A stretch of DNA of 64,000 nt from Eledone cirrhosa (lineage: Eukaryota). This document shows, piece by piece, positions 45,262 through 58,099 of this stretch; the first letter of the stretch is position 1, and the number at the start of each line of letters is the position of its first letter. The stretch spans positions 109,492,001 through 109,556,000 of the forward strand of contig OZ024742.1 in NCBI GenBank assembly GCA_964016885.1, written 5' to 3'. Under the pieces are notes generated by a model. That model did no database searches and had not been told where the DNA came from. It saw nothing but the letters and a program-made list of their open reading frames with translations. The position numbers were made by a program, and so were the translations under genes.

Positions 45262-45407
45262 ACGGAGAAAGAGACGATTATTAGGAAGAAAATATATACT
45301 TTTTTCCTTTTTTGTTTCTCTCTCTCTTTTTTCTGGGTTAGAAAATGATTAAAACGAAATGTTTTACTTTATGTGAAGTGTTAAGGTATTTATTTATTTA
45401 TTATTTA

Positions 45408-45459
<52 letters not shown>

Positions 45460-45473
<14 letters not shown>

Positions 45474-45929
45474 TGTATTCCTGTCTATTTGTTTGTTTGT
45501 TTGTTCACGAACTCCTCCTATGGTTTTGGAAATAGACCCCCATAACCATATATATTCTGAAACTACATTGCCCATGGTACTTGGATAAGTATATTTCATT
45601 TTAATCAAAGGGTTCCCGGGGACACAAAACCCCCGCTGAAAACCCCCGCTGAAAATGTTTTCCCTTCGATTTATATGAAATGACAATATATGATGCCTAT
45701 TCACAAAAGTTTTGAATTGATATTTTGAAAAAAAATTATTTACAAGAAACAAAATAAGAATAAGATTTAATAAAGTAATTTTTTTTTCCGATTTTTCATG
45801 CATTACATTTTACATTGTGTAATATTGAAATGTTGAGGTTTTCTCCATAAATTATATCACTGATTTAAAATCAATCATCATTTTCTTCCAAAAAATTGTG
45901 TGAAACGCAGCAAGGCGCGGGTAATTCGG

Positions 45930-46005
<76 letters not shown>

Positions 46006-46450
46006 TGTATTCCTGTCTGTTTGTTTGTTTGTTCACGAACTATTCCTATGGTTTTGGAAATAGACCCCCATAACCATATATATTCTGAAACTACATTGCC
46101 CATGGTACTTGGATAAGTATATTTCATCTTAATCGAAGGGTTCCCCCCGGGGACACAAAACCCCCGCTGAAAATGTTTTCCCTTCGATTTATATGAAATG
46201 ACAATATATGATGCCTATTCACAAAAGTTTTGAATTGATATTTTGAAAAAAATTATTTACAAGAAACAAAATAAGAATAAGATTTAATAAAGTAATTTTT
46301 TTTTCCGATTTTTCATGCATTACATTTTACATTGTGTAATATTGAAATGTTGAGGTTTTCTCCATAAATTATATCACTGATTTAAAATCAATCATCATTT
46401 TCTTCCAAAGAATTGTGTCAAACGCAGCAAGGCGCGGGTAATTCGGCTAG
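45460..46450 (+). mobile_element. Two near-identical tandem non-autonomous Helitron-like elements (about 45460-45932 and 45992-46450) separated by (TA)n
   Basis: Duplicated about 460-bp unit ending CGCAGCAAGGCGCGGGTAATTCGGCTAG|T. Confidence 0.75.
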
Positions 46451-46484
<34 letters not shown>

Positions 46485-47077
46485 CAGAGAGAAAAAGAGA
46501 GAGAGAGAGAGAGAGCCAGACAGACAGACAGACATTGACAGTGAGAGAAAGATATATATATATGTATATTTATTTACATATGTGTCCGTATGTTCCTATG
46601 TATGGATGGATGAATGGATGGATGGATATATATACGTTTGTATATACGTATGTATGTGCAACAAAATATAAAATACCGACATACTAACACGAAGTATTGA
46701 GTATGTTGAAGCTACTACAGTCTTTCTATATATAGAATCAAGATAACATATAAAAGGATTCCTGCAAATCCTTGAATGCATTGGTTAACCTCAGATAGCT
46801 AGAGATTTGTGGGGGATTACAATCTACATTTAGACATTTCACTTTAAATAGAGTGCCGAATATATAAAGAAATATGTTCACTTTCATAGGCAGAGATTTG
46901 CAGATTTTCTAAATATTTTGTACAATGTCAGAACACATTTGGAACATTCTTGAGCCCCACCCTCCTCACCTCTTATAATTTGTCACTTTCGAATGAATAG
47001 ATAATTTCTACTGCACATTATATAAATATGTGTGTGATTGTGCATGTGTGATTGTGTGTGTGTGTGCAAATATATAC

Positions 47078-47155
<78 letters not shown>

Positions 47156-47157
<2 letters not shown>

Positions 47158-47690
47158 CAGAAGGAAAGGAAAGAGTTGAGCTGTTCTTGGGTAAGTGAGT
47201 TGGCGCTGATACAGACGTCGATGTGCAGACCGTATAGCTCCGGGGTGGGACCCGTGTACTGGGCAAAGATTTGGGCCTTAACGTAACCGACGAATATGTT
47301 GGCGTAGTTGGGGCTCATTCTTAGGCACATGGCAACCCCGCTCACCTGTTGGTAAACCTCACCCGAGAAGGAAAAACTAATTGACGATAAGGACAGCTCA
47401 ACAAGGTGTATGAGGGTTAAGATGGAGGGTTGGGGGAGGCGTGGTGTGTGGAATGACAGTGTAGACGGATTTGATGTCGAATGTGAAATGTAGGGGAGGT
47501 GGGCCAGGTAGGAAGACAAATGAATCGAAGAAGCGGAGAATGTGGTTGGTGTCGGCGATGTGGGAGGAGAGGGAGTCTACTAACGATGCGAAGGTAGAGT
47601 CGAGGTAGGCTGAGATGAGTTATGTGGGAAGTGGTAGGTGGAGACGACGGGGTGGCCGGGGGTGTCGGATTTATGTAATTTTGGGAATAT
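47156..47690 (-). pseudogene. Penelope-like reverse transcriptase fragment
   Basis: LVELSLSSISFSFSGEVYQQVSGVAMCLRMSPNYANIFVGYVK...YGLHIDVCI matches degenerate PLE RT motifs (GxAMGxxxxPxYANxF; YxRYIDD). Confidence 0.85.
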
Positions 47691-47698
47691 ATATATAT

Positions 47699-47877
47699 AA
47701 CGAAGGAGGTGTGGTACGGAACCAGATGGACCATAACGCACCAGAATACTCAATACTTAGGGTAGTAGAGTGGGAAATAGGAAAAAGTATGACCCTGACG
47801 GCAGAGCTCAAGCCGTTTCGACGGCTATTTCTGGACGTTGAAACGGCTTGAGCTCTGCCGTCGGGGTCAAACATTTT

Positions 47878-47880
<3 letters not shown>
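47699..47880 (-). mobile_element. Family A copy 7
   Basis: Same architecture as the other copies. Confidence 0.85.
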
Positions 47881-47932
<52 letters not shown>

Positions 47933-48230
47933 TTGTTCAGTAATTTTGTTGATTACAGGAGGTGGTAAAAATATGATCACTCTATGCAATAGCAGAGTGT
48001 ATATATTAAGTTTAACACAACGAAATTTCACTTTAAACTTTTTATTTTATCATCGACCATTACGTCTCAGATGATAGGCTCAATTGTGAATTTTATTTTA
48101 GCCGAATCACCACTGGAGTCAGTTGTATTATATCCATATTGACTTTGAGTTAATCATCTTCGAACATACTTAATGGTCAATGATCAATAAAAATGCTTAA
48201 ATTGAAACTACTGATTGTTAAAATTATAAA

Positions 48231-49718
48231 TCTATATCTTTATAAAAAGGAAGTTTGTTTGTTTGTACGTTGACCGCTAGATAAAATTGATAATAATTAA
48301 GGTTTTTCGTGTTTTCAACTAATCTGATCTCTGACAAGCTCGGTGTCGACTTATTTTGCGAAAACGGAATGGAGAGCGAGTTGGGAGAGAATTTACTGCT
48401 ATTTCTAGCACCCAGGTACTGTCTGATCTCCGTTATTCTACCTATATATAGAGAGAAACACTACACCTCACACTCAATCCCCCTCCCCTCTCTCTAACTA
48501 AAACTTTTCTACGTGTTTTCGTATATATGTGTCCCTCTCTATGTCTCTATCTCTCTCACTAAAAATAAGTGAGAGATAAGAGATAAAGGAAGTTTGTTTT
48601 ACATTGACCGCTAATAACACTAAATAAAATTGATAATATTTAAGGTTTTCCGTGTGTTTTCAGCTAATATGACCTCTGAGAAGCTCGGTGTCGACTTATT
48701 TTCAGAAAACGGAATGGGGAGAAAACACTCGGATTTTACCAGAGGCGGTAAGGGAGGGGGGGCATCGGATTTACAGATAAGCACCTCTCAGCCGTTTAAA
48801 TTTATAGAAAAGCAAACCTTTGATACTGAAGGATGTTTTCATCTTTCATAATTTTGTACTGTTGTGGAAAACGTTCTAAGCTTAATTAATTGTTCCCCAA
48901 TTTTGAAATCCACCATTCCAACGAGGAGTGGCTGTGAGAAAGAGCAATTCTTGCCCTCAAAAACATCACAGAGAATGACACCAACGAAAATCTCTCACAA
49001 ATGTTCCCTGGGCCTGGGGGTAGCCATACCAATAAATCTATCAACAAACTTAACGACGTGGATAAAGCTGTTAATTATCCCATTGAAATTTCTCAACAGT
49101 CTGGAACCGTTCAGTATATTGCCACACAAGCTTGAATTAAAGAACGGCATAGTCACCATGTCTGAGAAACCTGGATCAGCCAACATTGTGCAATGTGACA
49201 CATATGGTTGTGACTGAACTGTAGCCTCACATTATCCAAGCCAAAATCCTCACTAGATGTGGTAAGGCAGACATCGTATTTATACCTAGAATGCCACTAA
49301 TACCAACAGATGTCGCTTTTTGTTTCAAATAATTGTAATTGTCAGTGAGAGTCAGTTACACAATGACTATCAAAAAGTTCCAAGATTGTCGGTCACCATC
49401 TAGATGAGGGCTATTACTCACATAGTCAATTGTATGTAGCTTATTCCAGAATAGGAAGACCCCACAAACTCTTCATATATGCTCCAAAGAAATATTATAT
49501 ACTGAAGTTCTGTAAATGTTTTAAAATTTTCATCAAATACATTTTCCTGTTATTTTCTTTATTACTTACTGTATTTATAAAAGTTTGTTATGTAATATTT
49601 AAATACCTTTTAGCATCTTTTATTCTAAGGAAAATGAACATTACGACAGTTGATAATAGGTGCCTTATGAATAGATTAGATCAAAATACAGACCGGGGCG
49701 AAAGCCAGGAGGCCGCTA

Positions 49719-49719
<1 letters not shown>
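48231..49719 (+). mobile_element. Internally deleted Helitron with both termini and a helicase pseudogene (about 49060-49490)
   Basis: A|TCTATATC start; 3' hairpin CCGGGGCGAAAGCCAGG and CTAG|T end; peptides FLNSLEP..LPHKLELK, FIPRMPLIPTD and SHSQLYVAYSRIG. Confidence 0.88.
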
Positions 49720-49761
<42 letters not shown>

Positions 49762-49762
<1 letters not shown>

Positions 49763-50026
49763 GGTGAATATTGATGCAATTTAATTCAAGCATTCTATGT
49801 ACTTTTTCCACATAGGAATGTTGGAGTATATTTAGAATAAGAAAATGCCAAGTAGTTTCAGATGTTAAAGTCCTTTATTGATAAGGCTGTGATATATATT
49901 TCAATGGCGACAGTGGCCACGCGATTCCGCGGAATTGCGTGGCCACTGTCGTCATTTAAATATCTATCACAGCCTTATCAATAAAGGACTTTAACATCTG
50001 AAACTACTTCGCTTTTTCTTATTCTA
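49762..50026. mobile_element. Loop-less fold-back element (arms 49833-49929 and 49930-50026)
   Basis: Centre CCGCGG; the left arm minus strand has the HHR-like 3' half TTGAAATATATATCACAGC. Confidence 0.75.
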
Positions 50027-50078
50027 TGTATATATATATGTGAGAATATATATAAAATGTGAAAACCGCAAACACAAT

Positions 50079-50302
50079 CCTACGTAGGAGTGATCTGTAA
50101 TAACAATAAAACTGGTGCCTTTATTATAAACCCTAATAAAACTCTTATGAGATACAGCTTAGCATGGCGTCAGCTAAACCTATATAGGTATGAGCTGTAA
50201 TAGTAACAACACTGATACCCCTATTATTAGAAATCTAAGAAACCTTCTATGTGATACAACTTCGTAAGAGACCAGCTAAACCTACATAAGTGTGAGCTGT
50301 AA
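50079..50302. repeat. Diverged about 101-bp tandem repeat, 2.2 units
   Basis: CCTA..TAGG..TGAGCTGTAA recurs at about 50080, 50179 and 50281. Confidence 0.7.
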
Positions 50303-50938
50303 ATTTCATTTTTTCTTCTTTTTTTATCATTTTATAACTCTGAATTCAAATCCCACCGAGGAAGTCAACGTGCCTTTCCTCCTTCTGTTGTCGATAGATA
50401 AAACACCAGTTTTTTTATAAATCAACTACACGTCCGCCCAAATTTGTAACTACTCACCACCCACCAATCAATTTTTTCGGGAGGGGGGGAATCGATATTT
50501 CTTGTATCAGTATACGAGTTCTGCAGCTTCCCCTGCAACCATTTAAGTTGCACTTTGTAGAAGTTCTTTTAATCTTTCCACCTGATTGCCCTGTACTCAA
50601 TCAATTTCCTCTGTTTCATCTTTATGTTAATTTGCAGGTAATTATTTAACATATTAAATCCCACCGCTTACATTTAAATTTCTGAATTTTTTCTACCAAT
50701 CCCTCAAGACTAAGTCTTTAGATCGATCCCAGTGAGGAATTACTATTAGAAAGAATGTTTTGCTAAATAAGTTGTTTAGGCGGCGAAGTGGTACAGTCAT
50801 TAGAATACTTACACTGCTTATTCTAACTCTCTCCGCTCTGAGTTTAAATACAGCAAAGGTCAATTTTTTGCCTTTCATCCTTTTGAGGTTGATATATAAT
50901 GTACCAGTTCAAAACTGGTATCGATTCTTGTTTTGCAT

Positions 50939-51013
<75 letters not shown>

Positions 51014-51408
51014 GCTCTCTCTGAGTAACCGGCTGTGTTCCGACCTGAAGAGGTGTGAGTTCCGCAAGGTTTAATAGCCCGACACATACCACATGTCACA
51101 ACGATGTGCCTTCGTCTCCACCGGACATTAAGGGTCCATGGCATATAAGCTGTTTAGTTATTGGTTCATTCATCTTTCGTGTAAGTGAGGAACTTTATTG
51201 AAAATTATTTCTTCTCTATATTTTAAACTTACAAGTTTTTATATTTTAAAGTTGAGGATAGACAGCAGGGTGGTCGTGATTTTTTGAGGTTAATTATTTG
51301 TAATTGCATAATTGCCATTGATTGGTCTATATATTAATAATTTTGCTATCTGAAACGATTGTAAAACAATGAATTAATTAACTGCTTTACATTAACTTAT
51401 TACACATA

Positions 51409-51601
51409 CAGACCTGCCAACCTCTAAAATCCTAAATGGGGCCTACCATAAAAAAAAGTGTCCCAAAACGGAATGAAATGAGTCAAAATGAGGAGATTTT
51501 ACATAATGAAAACTATACCCATTTTCACAAGAGAAGACATCTCTCACACACCCCAAAGTGGGAGGTTTCCCCCCGTCGGATGGGGAGAATTGACAGGTCT
51601 G
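51409..51601. mobile_element. MITE with terminal inverted repeats
   Basis: CAGACCTGCCAA at the left and TTGACAGGTCTG at the right; no clear target duplication. Confidence 0.6.
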
Positions 51602-51869
51602 TGTATAAGACTAGTTCTAAATACTCAACGACATATACAGGGATATCATCTTTCCACTAAAACAGATTTCACTTTATTTCGGTGAAATATTAACATCCCA
51701 CTACATTAAGTTCTAAAGTGGTTATAAATCTTACCTTAATTAAGTCGAACTGTAATTATGAAATTGTTTTATATTTTGAAGTTATTATTACACGTCAGTT
51801 ATTATATTTTAAAGTTATCATTATAAGTGAGTGAGTCAAGATGTCATATTATTTATACAATTATTATTC

Positions 51870-52141
51870 AAAATTAGGTAGTAACATGTGCTTATGCCGT
51901 ATTTTACTAAATAGAATTAGTCAACTAGTTGGGATTTTAAAAAAAACCCTCTGAATGGAAAAAAGGATGAATATTGACGTACCATGGTAACACGTTGGTC
52001 CGGCAAACCAAAGATGTGGGTTCGTGTCCCATGCCAATACTCATCCTTTTTTTCCATTCAGATGGGTTTTTTTAAATCCCAATTAGCAGACTAATTCTAT
52101 TTAGTCAAATACAGCATAAGCATATGTTACTACCTAATTTT
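51870..52141 (+). mobile_element. Fold-back element whose spacer is a tRNA-Ala-like sequence
   Basis: Arms 51870-51980 and 52031-52141; the spacer has TTGGT-CCGGCAA-ACCAA (anticodon arm, GGC) and GTGGG-TTCGTGT-CCCAT (T arm). Confidence 0.7.
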
Positions 52142-53244
52142 CAAATTCGCTAGCCGTTTGTAAACAAAGCCTGCTTTGTGTCTCTCTATTTATATAATTA
52201 TTATTTACTTTTTCTCGTTGGTAATGTAGAAACAATTCTTTACTTTTTCTCATTAGCCTTATACTGGTGGCCAAGCTTGTTTCCGTATCTTGCATGTCTT
52301 CATCACGGAGTTATAGTATTGGAGATCGTTAATGAATTCATAATAGTCAAGCAAAAGTATACATTTTAGGCATTATTTGGATGACTTACTGTAAAGAAAA
52401 GAGGCTGATGATTGGAAAATGTCGATAGCACATTTAAAGAATACATTTTGTTCCTTTGGAAACATTATCTTCTAACAACCGTGTCCTCATTATAAACAAT
52501 TTAGTGATCAGAAGAAAAGATTATTGTCAGGAAACTACTACTATACATTAATAAATACTATAGCTAAACACTTGTCATTGTTCTTCCAACTATACCCATC
52601 GCAACTGAGTATTGTCTGGTGTTTTAATCAAAAGTTGTAGCTTCGTTTGTCTGATATCCTATCCATATGAAATCAGTGGTCATTAAAAATAACATTAATT
52701 AACGTATCAATTGTTTCCTTCCACATAATTAAACCTCAATATATCAAATATAACATGTATCGATGGTAAATACACACTTTGTGAACAGCTTCTGTTGTTG
52801 GCCTTGTTGCACCTCAGTCGTTTCCACCGATAAGTACTCCAGGAATTAACATACATGTGGCTGAACATTGCGCAGACACCTGCACCCTTCACGTAGCTCT
52901 CATGGACATTCACCATGAGAGTGTGTGACAAGGCTTGAATTAGAAGCACAATTCATTTTTGCCAGCTGACTTAACTAAAGCAAGGTGAAAATATAGTATC
53001 TTGCTCAAGAACACAACGTGCCGTCCGATTGTGGAATTGAACTCATCACATTACGATAGCGAGTCCAGCACCACGACCACTATGTCACATGCCTTAACAG
53101 TACAGCGACTATCGAAACAATAGGTCGTGAAGAAAGAATTATTCCTACCTATGACTAAATATCACACCAGTCATTATAGCGCATGCGTACTATAACATTT
53201 TTCCCTATTAACGGTATTTCGAGAGATATATTATGCATAACATA

Positions 53245-53808
53245 ATAATTGTTTCTACTTTAGGCACAAGGCCAGCAATTACCCAGTGCATTACTGGTAC
53301 TTTATTTTATCGACCCCGTAAGGATGAAAGGCAAAGTCAACCTCGGCGGGATTTGAACTCAGATCGTAAAGGGACGTAACTATGCTGGAAAGCATGGCGT
53401 CCGACCCTCTACCGATACTGCCAATCCACGTCTTTACTTTTGGCACAAGGCTTGCAATTAATTCAGTGCATTACTGGTACTTTTATCGACCCCATAATAA
53501 TTGTTTCTACTATTGGCACAAGGCCAGCAATTATCCAGTGCATTACTGGTACTTTATTTCATCGACCCCGTAAGGATGAACGGCAAAGTTAACCTCGGTG
53601 GGATTTGAACTCAGACCATAAAGGGGCATAACTCTATGGTGCAAAGCATGGCGTCCGACCCTCTACCGATACTGCCAATCCACCACCCTATCGACCCCAT
53701 AATAATTGTTTCTATATTTGGCACAAGGCCAGCAATTACCCAGTACATTACTAGTACTTTATTTTATCGACCCCGTAAGGATGAAAGGCAAAGTTGACCT
53801 CGGCAGGA
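53245..53808 (-). mobile_element. Tandem cluster of four full or partial tRNA-SINE copies
   Basis: TTGGCACAAGG and ATCGACCCCGTAAGGATGAA recur in the same orientation. Confidence 0.85.
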
Positions 53809-54006
53809 ATTAATGAATAACAACCTTAGGATAGGGTCTTTAGAATATTTGTTAAATTCAAATTCTTTTCTTCATCTACATTCTAACTTTGTTCGTTCAC
53901 TAGATACTTTGAATGTTTTCCTGACTAAAAGCATGTGGTGGTTTTCGTTTCTGTGTCTGAGACCGTAGCTGGTACCCAAGCCATATGTGTGCCCTATATA
54001 TGATAT

Positions 54007-54087
<81 letters not shown>

Positions 54088-54289
54088 CAAACATCACGAG
54101 CGGTCTATCTCAAAATTATTTTTGAAAAGCATTAGAAATGCGCAACCGGTTAAAACTTAAAACTAAAACTGAATACTAACCAATACTTATTACTAATTTA
54201 TACTTATTCCTAATTAAACTATTTTTCACTGGGAAAAATTTGTCACCATTTTCTTTTCCTTTTTACTAATATATATATATATCGCAAAA

Positions 54290-54366
<77 letters not shown>

Positions 54367-54980
54367 GTGCGTGTGTGTTTAAATATACAATTACATATGC
54401 ATGTGTGTGTTGTGTTTGTGTATATATGTGTGTTTGTGTATATATGTGTGTTTACATATGCATATACATATTAGAATGTGTTTAAAATACGTAGTATTTA
54501 ACATGTTCAAACATTAACAGATTGGCTACTTATTACTGGAGATTCGAGTGTAGAAATTTGACAATGACTCCGCTTGATCACTGCGATGAAGCTGAGACTT
54601 CGAAGTCACTATTAGTATTACTTTTCTACTATATATATATATAACTCTGCACAGTTCAACTATATATATACATGTATATATCAATAATATTAATAAATGG
54701 AAAATATCCTTATAAAACCATATTTATTTTATAACTATGGTTTTATAAGGATATTTTCTATTTATTAATATTTGTTTCTACTTTTGGCACAAGGCCATCA
54801 ATTACCCAGTACATTACTGGTACTTTATTTTATCGACCCCGTAAGGATGAAAGGCAAAGTTAACCTCGGCGGGAGAAGAAAACTGTTGGGTGCTTCTAAT
54901 CTGTTATAAATTAACTTTGTTGAATAATCAACAAAGCAAATAACTCATTGTTTATATAAATATAAAACTCTGCACATGTC

Positions 54981-55012
<32 letters not shown>

Positions 55013-55016
<4 letters not shown>

Positions 55017-55205
55017 ATGTATGACCCCGACGACAGAGCTCAAGCCGTTTCGACAGCTATTTCTGGACGAGTCCAGAAATACCCGTCGAAACGGCTTGAG
55101 CTCTGCCGTCGGGGTCATACATTTTCCTATTACCCACTCTACTACTCTAAGTATTGAGTACTCTGATGCGTTATGGTCCATCTAGTTCCTTACCACAACT
55201 CCTTG

Positions 55206-55207
<2 letters not shown>
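55013..55207 (+). mobile_element. Family A copy 8; deleted copies 9 and 10 at 56987-57112 and 63530-63632
   Basis: Centre TTTCTGGACGAGTCCAGAAA; copies 9 and 10 lack the inner part of the long arm. Confidence 0.85.
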
Positions 55208-55258
<51 letters not shown>

Positions 55259-55264
<6 letters not shown>

Positions 55265-55618
55265 TAAACGGAATAGAAAATGCTGACAAATTGTTCACAG
55301 TTGAAAAATGGTTTAATTAGGAATAAAAGAGTATTAGTGATTGTATGGGTTAGTATTCAGTTGTGGTTTTAAGTTTTTAAGTTTTTACCGGTTCAAACAG
55401 CACGGACACTCTATCTCAAAATTATTTTTGAAAAGCATTTAGAAATGCGCAACCGGTAAAAACTTAAAAACTTAAAACCACAACTGAATACTAACCCATA
55501 CAATCACTAATACTCTTTTATTCCTAATTAAACCATTTTTCAACTGTGAACAATTTGTCAGCATTTTCTATTCCGTTTACCAATATATAATAACTTGTGT
55601 GTTACACCTCTATTCTTT

Positions 55619-55624
<6 letters not shown>
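55259..55624 (+). mobile_element. PLE-type fold-back element (arms about 55259-55393 and 55451-55586); relatives at 54104-54270 and 37177-37270
   Basis: Identical-looking arms; variant HHR TTGAAAA-GCATTT-AG-AAATGC-GCAA-CCGGTA spans the spacer/arm junction. Confidence 0.8.
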
Positions 55625-55695
<71 letters not shown>

Positions 55696-56400
55696 CTCTG
55701 CACAGACAGTTTTATATTGAAATGGAAATTATTTACATGTTCTAGATTTTTAGATTTGATAATTAATATTTATAGTTTTAGTCTGGGCAAATTAAAACCA
55801 AAATCATTAATTATTGAATATAAAAAAGTAGATGATTTCCAATTCATTATAGAAATTGATATTTTATGCGGAACATACAATATATGTTACAGTATATGGC
55901 TAATATACTGCCGATAGAGATATGTAATCACTCCGTGTGGAATGGACCTCCATCGGTTTCGATGATGAGTGCCTCAGTTGTTCGATCAACGAAACAGCCT
56001 ACTAATGAAATTTACGTGTAATTGGCTAAGCAGTTCACAGACACGTGTACTCTTAAAGGAATTCTCGGGGAGATGCAGCGTGACACAGTTTGAGTGATAA
56101 ATACAGGTACAGTTCATCCGACGGGTTTCCAAATAGTTTCCGTCTACCAAATTTCCCTTACACGGCATGGGGTAACACGAGATTATTACAAATGCCATAT
56201 GGTCAATATGCCACACAATGGGATCGAACCCGTGACTTAATGGTTGCGAAACAAACTCCTTAACCATTTGGACATGTTGCCCTCACTCTCTCCATATAAT
56301 ATAATATCCATGTATATAACAACGAGGAGGCGAGTGGCTTAGTGATTAGGAGTATCCGACTCCCGATGGCAAAAACATGAGTGTGTATGTAGGGGGAATA

Positions 56401-56545
56401 TCAGGTGTAGTACTGGCGAATTTCGGAAAGGGTGGAAGTTTTGAAGGATGCGGTGTCCCGACAACTAACAACTAATGTAGGAAGTTTGTTCCATGTTTCA
56501 GCAGCTCTAAGCGTGAAAAAAAAGGTTTCCGAAAGTCATGGGAGC
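56401..56545 (-). mobile_element. 3' fragment of a CR1/L2-like LINE ORF2
   Basis: The minus strand reads approximately DFRKPFF/TLRAAETWNKLPTLVVSCRDTASFKT, the typical FF..R....WN.LP..VV......FK terminus. Confidence 0.7.
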
Positions 56546-56953
56546 TCTACTGATTTGAAGAGATTATGTGACATTCATTAACTTCTCATTTCTAAAATGC
56601 TTTAACCCTTTTGTACCCATATTTCTCAGAAAATTCCATTAACTTGGTGTTTCTATTAATTTTGAAAATAACCGAGAATTTGAAGGATTTATTAAAACAG
56701 CTAATACTTTTGTAAGGAACCAAGGCCAGTTTCGGTCGGTTTCGTATCAAACGTGTTCTTTTATTCTTTTAGTGACTTCAGTCATTAAACTGCGGTCATG
56801 CTATAGCACCGCATTGATTTAGTTGAATCTTTTGGCCTTGTAACATATTTTATTGATCTCTTTCTTGCCGGACTGTTAGGTTGCGCGCACACACACACAC
56901 ACATATATATTTGTGTGTTTGTATATATATATATATATATTTGTGTATGTATG

Positions 56954-56986
<33 letters not shown>

Positions 56987-57591
56987 AGGAAAATGTTTGA
57001 CCCCGACAGCAGAGCTCAAGCTGTTTCGACGGCTATTTCTGGACTACCCTAAGTATTGAGTACTCTGGTGCGTTATGGTCCATCTGGTTCCTTACCACAC
57101 ACCTCCTTCGTTATATATATATATATATATATATGCTACAATCTTCTGCAGTTTCCGTTTACTAAATTCCTCTCACACAGCCATATATAAGACAAGTACG
57201 TAAATTGAAATGACGACCAAAACAGAAATTAGAGACCAGGTGTCACATGTCGGTTTTCGGGGACTTTTGTGTAGTGTACGTGTGTGCGCTGTTGGGTAAT
57301 TTGTCTCGATTTCTGAGCAAAGTAGGGCGCTCTGCCGGATAATAGCAGCAAATATTCGAGGCACGTGTTAAAGAACGTTGAGTGCAGTTCCGTCACCGGC
57401 CTAAAGCACTGACTGATAACAACGTAATTATTGATTATCCTTATATAGATATATACACCTCTGGCCCTTCTTGATTCTCTTTGGTAATTCACACATAACG
57501 GAGATAGCACGGCATTGATGGCCGACTCCTTTCTAAAACATTCCTTCTCTTCCCTGTCTTCTCTCTCTCCCTCTCTCTTTCTCTCCCACAC

Positions 57592-57630
<39 letters not shown>

Positions 57631-57763
57631 TGCACACACACATATCCCATCCTCTCTCCCCTCTCTCTCTTTCTCCTATAACTATCTCTCTAACCCCTAT
57701 CCTTCTTCTCCCTCGCTCTCTCCCTCCTCTCTCTTTCCTCTGTAGCCCTCTCTTTCTATCTTA

Positions 57764-57834
<71 letters not shown>

Positions 57835-58099
57835 AACCCTACACTGATACTCTCTTACTCTCTCACTCACTCTCTCCCTCCCTCTGTATCTTCGATCTCG
57901 TTTATTAATGTTTGATGTTATTCTCTTAGGTGAGATGAGTGTGTGGGGTGGATATAGAGGAAGAGTAGGGGGAGTAGTGTGATGTCGATAAGGTGGGGAA
58001 GTAAAGGGAGTGGTTTGGTGCGAGGATTGAGATAGAGAGGGGTGAGGAAGGGGAGGAGGCGGTGTGGAATCGAGTTACAATGTGTCTTTTGCATTATTA

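Larger units (their letters stand above)
50500..52388 (-). pseudogene. Three candidate decayed exons (52209-52388, 50672-50762, about 50500-50619)
   Basis: AG/GT boundaries with compatible intron phases; mostly open frames interrupted by isolated stops and one frameshift. Confidence 0.3.

Noticed and set aside
51972-52039. Functional tRNA-Ala gene
   Set aside because: The D-arm region is shortened, position 33 is C and the acceptor stem is mismatched; it is treated as tRNA-derived.
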